IMG/VR virus record: IMGVR_UViG_3300010281_000272
Span: 1 to 30,391 of that record
Reading direction: 5' to 3' (one strand)
DNA from: a virus
Lineage: Duplodnaviria > Caudoviricetes
Length of the DNA stretch: 30,391 nucleotides
Shown: positions 26,274 to 30,391 of the stretch, piece after piece
Layout of the letters: every line of letters begins with the position of its first letter
Position numbering within the stretch: position 1 is the stretch's first letter
The notes under the pieces: model-generated
What the model saw: only the letters and a program-made list of their open reading frames with translations
Told to the model about the DNA's origin: nothing
Database searches by the model: none
Program-made: the position numbers and the translations under genes

Positions 26274-27128
26274 ATGGCAACCCGGATCGTCCTGGACCCC
26301 GGCCACGGCGGCTGGGACCCCGGCGCTGTGGCGAACGGGATCGTTGAGAAGGACTACCAGCTGGCCATCGGACTGCGGCTCCGGGATGCCCTCCTCGCCC
26401 GCTATGCGGACGTGGAGGTCCGTATGACCAGGGAGACGGACGCCTCGGTGGACCCGGCGGGCATGAGTCTGCCGCCTGACACGGCGAGACTGGCCCGCGA
26501 ACTCCAGGCCAGGTGCAACATCGCCAACGGCTGGCCGGACTCCGTGCTGATCTCCCTGCATCACGACGCCGCTGGTGACAGCCGGGCCCGTGGCGGAACG
26601 ATCTACGTGTATGGCCCGCAGTCGTGGGTGGCAGCTGTGGCCCCTGACGGCAAGATCAACCACCGGGCGCCCCGCAGCTACCAACTGGCGCAGGCCATGG
26701 AGCCGATCTTCCAGGAGACGCTGGCGAAACACGGCATCCCCTGCAACGGGATCAAGGCGGGTGATTTTCAGGTCCTCCGCGCCACGGCAGGGCGGGCCGT
26801 GCTGGTCGAGGCATTCTTCAGCACCTCACCTCTGGACGCCGCCGCCGCCAAGACGGAGGCTTTCAAGGTAGACCTGACGGACGCCTACTGCAGGATGATT
26901 GGAACCGCCCTTGGTCTGCGCGAGAAGGCCCCGGCCCCCTCCGGCCCCCGGCCCGTCCGGGTCGTCCTGCCCAGCGGCAAGGCCATCACCGGGGAGCTGC
27001 GGGACTCCCTGACCTGGATCGAGGTCGGCGGGGTCTGGTGCCCACTCCGGGCGTGGGCAGAACTGCTGGGCTTCGAGGTCGGATGGGATCAGCAGACATA
27101 CACCGCAGCCGTAAGGCTCCCGGACTAG
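26274..27128 (+). CDS. Endolysin, N-acetylmuramoyl-L-alanine amidase (Amidase_3) with a C-terminal cell-wall-binding domain
   Basis: IVLDPGHGG-DPGA, EKD, ISLHHD, AVLVE motifs; C-terminal PLRAWAELLGFEVGWD; RBS GGAGGTG. Confidence 0.93.
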   Translation: MATRIVLDPGHGGWDPGAVANGIVEKDYQLAIGLRLRDALLARYADVEVRMTRETDASVDPAGMSLPPDTARLARELQARCNIANGWPDSVLISLHHDAAGDSRARGGTIYVYGPQSWVAAVAPDGKINHRAPRSYQLAQAMEPIFQETLAKHGIPCNGIKAGDFQVLRATAGRAVLVEAFFSTSPLDAAAAKTEAFKVDLTDAYCRMIGTALGLREKAPAPSGPRPVRVVLPSGKAITGELRDSLTWIEVGGVWCPLRAWAELLGFEVGWDQQTYTAAVRLPD

Positions 27129-27143
27129 AGAGGAGGATGCTCC

Positions 27144-27569
27144 ATGACTGTGACGCTTACCCAGACCCAGCTACTCCTGGCCGCTATTGGCCTGTCCGTG
27201 ATTGTGACCCTGATTATCGGCCCCATCGCCCTGCTGACCCGGCGTGTGCCTGCGTCCACCGTGCGGACGGTCCTGGACGGGGCGGAGCAAGTGGCTCGTG
27301 TGGCGGAGGCCATCCTGCCGGACGGCACCCTGCCGGATAAGATCGCCCGCTACGCCGGCATGGCCGTGGCTGCCGCCGAGCAGATGTTCGATGTGAGCCA
27401 GCGGCAGGACAAGTACACCTATGCCGATGACCTGGTGCGGCAGGCCCTCCGGGCGGCCGGCGTGCCGGAGGAGCAGATCGAGCGGCTGGGCGGAGTGATC
27501 CAGGGCGCCATCGAGGCGGCTGTCCTGGCCCTGCCTGACAGTCACAAGACGGAGGCCGGGGGGAAATAG
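27144..27569 (+). CDS. Holin (LL-H-like)
   Basis: Single N-terminal TM segment; AVAAAEQM...K...A; IEAAV motif. Confidence 0.75.
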   Translation: MTVTLTQTQLLLAAIGLSVIVTLIIGPIALLTRRVPASTVRTVLDGAEQVARVAEAILPDGTLPDKIARYAGMAVAAAEQMFDVSQRQDKYTYADDLVRQALRAAGVPEEQIERLGGVIQGAIEAAVLALPDSHKTEAGGK

Positions 27570-27586
27570 CCCTCCGGCCTCTTTTT
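27552..27586 (+). terminator. Intrinsic terminator ending the late operon
   Basis: GAGGCCGGGGGG / CCCTCCGGCCTC stem followed by TTTTT. Confidence 0.85.
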
Positions 27587-27616
27587 CGCTATCTCTTATG
27601 AAGGAGTGAACCACGG

Positions 27617-27709
27617 ATGGCCAAACTCCACACCTGTCCCGAGTGCGGCGCAGACATCCCGCCGCTCAGCCCGGTCTGTCCGTCCTGCGGCGCCCCGAGC
27701 CCTTGCTGA
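27617..27709 (+). CDS. 30-aa zinc-ribbon micro-protein (absent from the ORF track)
   Basis: Translated by hand: MAKLHTCPECGADIPPLSPVCPSCGAPSPC; two CPxCG knuckles; RBS AAGGAGTG at 27601. Confidence 0.65.
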   Translation: MAKLHTCPECGADIPPLSPVCPSCGAPSPC

Positions 27710-27734
27710 GGGTAGCCGTGGCGCCAGGCTGGCG

Positions 27735-28034
27735 CTACCGCGTGCGCTCCAGTTCTCGCAGGCCCATGACGATCCGGCCGGCCAGCCGCCTGATGCGCCT
27801 GGTGTTCACGGACCGGGCGCCGAAGAAGTGGTTGAAGACCGACTCGCACAGGCGCAAGACGGCCATCGGGTCCGGCCAGGCATCAGCCAGGCCCTCCAGG
27901 AGGTCGCGGATCTCCGGTTCGTACTCGTCCTCTGGTGCGCCGATGGACAGGAGCCCCATCGGGTCGGTCTGGTTCACCGCACGGGTCACTACGGCTGTTA
28001 CGGCCGCAAGCCGGTCCTGATCTCGCATCGTCAT
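27735..28034 (-). CDS. DUF1871/YugE-like small helical protein, 99 aa
   Basis: VNQTDPMGLLSIGAPEDEYEPEIRDL motif; RBS AAGGAGG before ATG 28034. Confidence 0.7.
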   Translation of the reverse strand: MTMRDQDRLAAVTAVVTRAVNQTDPMGLLSIGAPEDEYEPEIRDLLEGLADAWPDPMAVLRLCESVFNHFFGARSVNTRRIRRLAGRIVMGLRELERTR

Positions 28035-28098
28035 CGTTCCTCCTTCTGGCCTGCCTGAGAATGATGGCTGGGTGCTGGTCGGTGGGCTTCTGGGGCCG

Positions 28099-28342
28099 CC
28101 GAAAGGAGCGGCTGGCGCCGCTCTGCTGCCAGAACGGCCCACTGCCCGGTGAATGGCACTCCGTGCTGTTCCTGGCAGGGGGCCTGTAGCGGCACAAACC
28201 CCACCCGGCGAAGCCGGACCTTCGGCGGGTTCCCTGTCCCCTTGTGCGCCGCATATGTATGTATAACTTCTATATATAACTTCGGGTGTGTCTACACACA
28301 TCCCCCTCCTGTGTCTTGGCACACCCCTTGTGTCAGCACACA
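28099..28342 (-). repeat. Origin-like module copy 3: three TGTG-N6-CACA boxes, AT-rich segment, four-way-junction fold
   Basis: Boxes at 28287, 28310, 28329; the reverse complement of 28099-28285 aligns to 9598-9780 (CCGAAGTTAT..., TCCGGCTTCGCCGGG, ACGGAGTGCCATTCAC, GAGCGGCGCCAGCCGCTCCTTTCGG). Confidence 0.88.
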
Positions 28343-28361
28343 GGGGGCAACTACAACTGAA

Positions 28362-28393
28362 GCCCCTGCCGGACTGCCCGGTGGGGGCCTTTT
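28362..28393 (+). terminator. Hairpin with U-tract upstream of the R-M operon
   Basis: GCCCCTGCCGG / CCGGTGGGGGC stem followed by CTTTT. Confidence 0.6.
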
Positions 28394-28473
28394 GCTATTA
28401 GATTCGATGTCCACAATGTTTTCCACAATAGCAGGTTCCGCGCGCAATGTGCCGAACAAATGAGAGAGGGGGG

Positions 28474-29541
28474 ATGACGTTGGCCACCATGTTGGCAGCG
28501 GAGGACCTGGCACAGTACAGGTATCCTCTGTATCGCACATCTAATTATCCGCGCCTGCGGTACATGGGCAGCAAGTATCGGGTGGTCCCTTACCTGGCCT
28601 ATGTTCTCTCCGACATACCTTTCGACACTGCACTGGACGCCTTCAGCGGCAGTGGCGTGGTTGGGTATGCCCTCAAAGAGATGGGGAAGCAGGTCACGAC
28701 GAACGACTTCCTGAACTGGCCTGCCACTGTGGCCCGTGCCGTCATCGAGAACCCTGGTGTCACGCTCACCATGGATGATGTGGAGACAATCCTGTCTCCT
28801 ACCGTCGATGGCCGGGACTTCATCCGCCGTACATTTGACGGCCTGTACTTTCCAGAAGAAGACCATGCCTTCTTGGATTCGGCGTGGTCTCATATTGACC
28901 AACTGCCACTTTACAAGCGAGACCTTGCTATAGCGGCCCTGTGTCTGGCGGCGGCTCGAAAGCAGCCCCGCGGTGTGTTCACCGTGACCAGTTTCCGGTA
29001 TGACGACGGGCGGCGGCAGCTTCGGATGTCGCTCCGTGACCTATTCCTTGAGGCGGTGGCAGAATACAACGCCGCAGTCTTTGACAATGGCAGGGACAAC
29101 CGGGCACTGTGCCAGGATGTTATGACGCTAGACCCTTACGGGTATGACTTGGTCTACTTCGATCCGCCGTATGCCCCGCCGTCTGATGACGCCGACTACA
29201 TCAAACGGTATCACTTCTTGGAGGGGTTGTCGGTATACTGGCGGGGACTGACGATCATGGAGGACACCAAGACCAAAAAGATCACGAAGCGGTACACCCC
29301 GTTTGCTTACAAAACAAGGGTCAGGCAGGCCCTCCGTGAGTTGTTCAGCCGCTTCCGCAAGAGCACCATCGTTCTGTCGTACAGCACCAACTCTGTCCCG
29401 GACGAACACGAGTTGTACGAAATCCTGAAGGGTGAGAAGGCCGAGGTCGAAGTCTACTCCGTGCCGCACACCTACACGTTCGGCACTCACGAAGCGGCAG
29501 AACGCAGGCGGGTATCCGAGTTGATATTCGTGGCAAGGTGA
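28474..29541 (+). CDS. DNA adenine methyltransferase (D12/Dam-FokI class, alpha motif order)
   Basis: RYMGSK, motif I DAFSGSG, motif IV YFDPPY, VLSYS. Confidence 0.93.
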   Translation: MTLATMLAAEDLAQYRYPLYRTSNYPRLRYMGSKYRVVPYLAYVLSDIPFDTALDAFSGSGVVGYALKEMGKQVTTNDFLNWPATVARAVIENPGVTLTMDDVETILSPTVDGRDFIRRTFDGLYFPEEDHAFLDSAWSHIDQLPLYKRDLAIAALCLAAARKQPRGVFTVTSFRYDDGRRQLRMSLRDLFLEAVAEYNAAVFDNGRDNRALCQDVMTLDPYGYDLVYFDPPYAPPSDDADYIKRYHFLEGLSVYWRGLTIMEDTKTKKITKRYTPFAYKTRVRQALRELFSRFRKSTIVLSYSTNSVPDEHELYEILKGEKAEVEVYSVPHTYTFGTHEAAERRRVSELIFVAR

Positions 29542-29545
29542 TAAC

Positions 29546-30391
29546 ATGGCAGTCATTCCATTTGACGATTTCAAGCGATCTTTGACCGACCTCGGGGGTG
29601 TGTCAAGGCAAGACCCGGTACTCCTTATGAGAATGCAGGCCACTGTCTCGGGTCTCCGCCAGTTGGACGAGATTACCAGAGAGACCCTTGCACGCTTCAT
29701 AGAGGAAAACCCGCACTCGTTTCCTGCGCTCGCTTCTTGCGTGGGTCTTGGGCAGGAGCAGCTGAAGAATCAGCTGAAGTATCGGTTCGACACGACTGGT
29801 TGGGTCACTCTGGCCAGGGAACGGGCCGACGACCTCATCGAGGAGCTTGATGAGGAGTTTGGGTTGGTAGACCATGTAAAGGCTCAACTAGAGAAGGACT
29901 GGACCTTCGCAGACGTGTTGACCGAACGGAGTCTATGGTCCCGGCGGACTGGTTCCAAGGCGGTTTCGCAGGGCCGTAGCCTGGAGGACGAAGTTGAAGA
30001 CTTGGTGAAGCGACTGGGTTTTTCCTATCAAATGCGCTGCCGGTTCATGGGACGGGACAGACAGGACGCTCCGTGCGACCTGGCTATCCCGGCCGGCGGC
30101 ACAGATGCTCTGATTGTGATTGCGCTGAAGAGCAACAACTCTACTGGCAGCAAACAGACCGACGCCGTGCGTGAGATTGAGGAGATGGCAAACAAGCGGC
30201 TACCCCGCCAGTTTGTGTACGCCGTGTTCGACGGCATCGGCTGGCTCTCTAGAGAGTCAGACCTTCGTAAGGTCCATGACCTATGGGCCAGGGGCATGAT
30301 CGATGGCCTGTATTCGCTGGCCTACCTGGACCGCCTGGAACAGGACTTGATCGACGCAGCTAACATTCTCAGGATTCCTCGCAACCAGTAG
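29546..30391 (+). CDS. Putative type II restriction endonuclease (DpnII/MboI-like fold)
   Basis: G-LEDEVE helix, CDLAIP, IALKSNNSTGSKQ, AVFDGIGW resemble the DpnII-family G-S-K and DG-GW motifs; starts 4 nt after the MTase stop. Confidence 0.75.
   Translation: MAVIPFDDFKRSLTDLGGVSRQDPVLLMRMQATVSGLRQLDEITRETLARFIEENPHSFPALASCVGLGQEQLKNQLKYRFDTTGWVTLARERADDLIEELDEEFGLVDHVKAQLEKDWTFADVLTERSLWSRRTGSKAVSQGRSLEDEVEDLVKRLGFSYQMRCRFMGRDRQDAPCDLAIPAGGTDALIVIALKSNNSTGSKQTDAVREIEEMANKRLPRQFVYAVFDGIGWLSRESDLRKVHDLWARGMIDGLYSLAYLDRLEQDLIDAANILRIPRNQ

Noticed and set aside
28255-28285. loxP-like ATAACTTC motifs
   Set aside because: The two copies are direct repeats, not inverted 13-bp arms around an 8-bp spacer; they belong to the AT-rich part of module 3.

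Overview
The window looks like a near-complete or complete ~30 kb temperate siphophage genome from a GC-rich host with strong Bacillota-type Shine-Dalgarno sites (a Symbiobacterium-like host is a guess). Layout: a leftward early arm (cro-like HTH, HTH replication initiator, DnaB, RusA, RinA/ArpU-type late activator, duplicated PD-(D/E)XK nuclease; 62-4752); a tandem-HTH repressor; an accessory/maintenance region with a DnaA-box-like array, small unknown genes and a Xer-like tyrosine recombinase beside a dif-like site (5550-11283); a complete rightward packaging/head/tail/lysis arm (11435-27569); and an adenine MTase plus DpnII-like endonuclease pair (28474-30391). No att-flanked integrase is visible, which suggests a phage-plasmid. 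The most unusual feature is a non-coding module present three times (5976-6228 +, 9474-9780 +, 28099-28342 -). Each copy is an array of palindromic boxes, then an AT-rich segment, then a conserved four-way-junction fold. The box sequence differs between copies (TATC-N5-GATA, TATC-N6-GATA, TGTG-N6-CACA), while only one initiator gene is encoded and it carries no iterons. All family assignments come from motif recognition by eye; no database searches were run.
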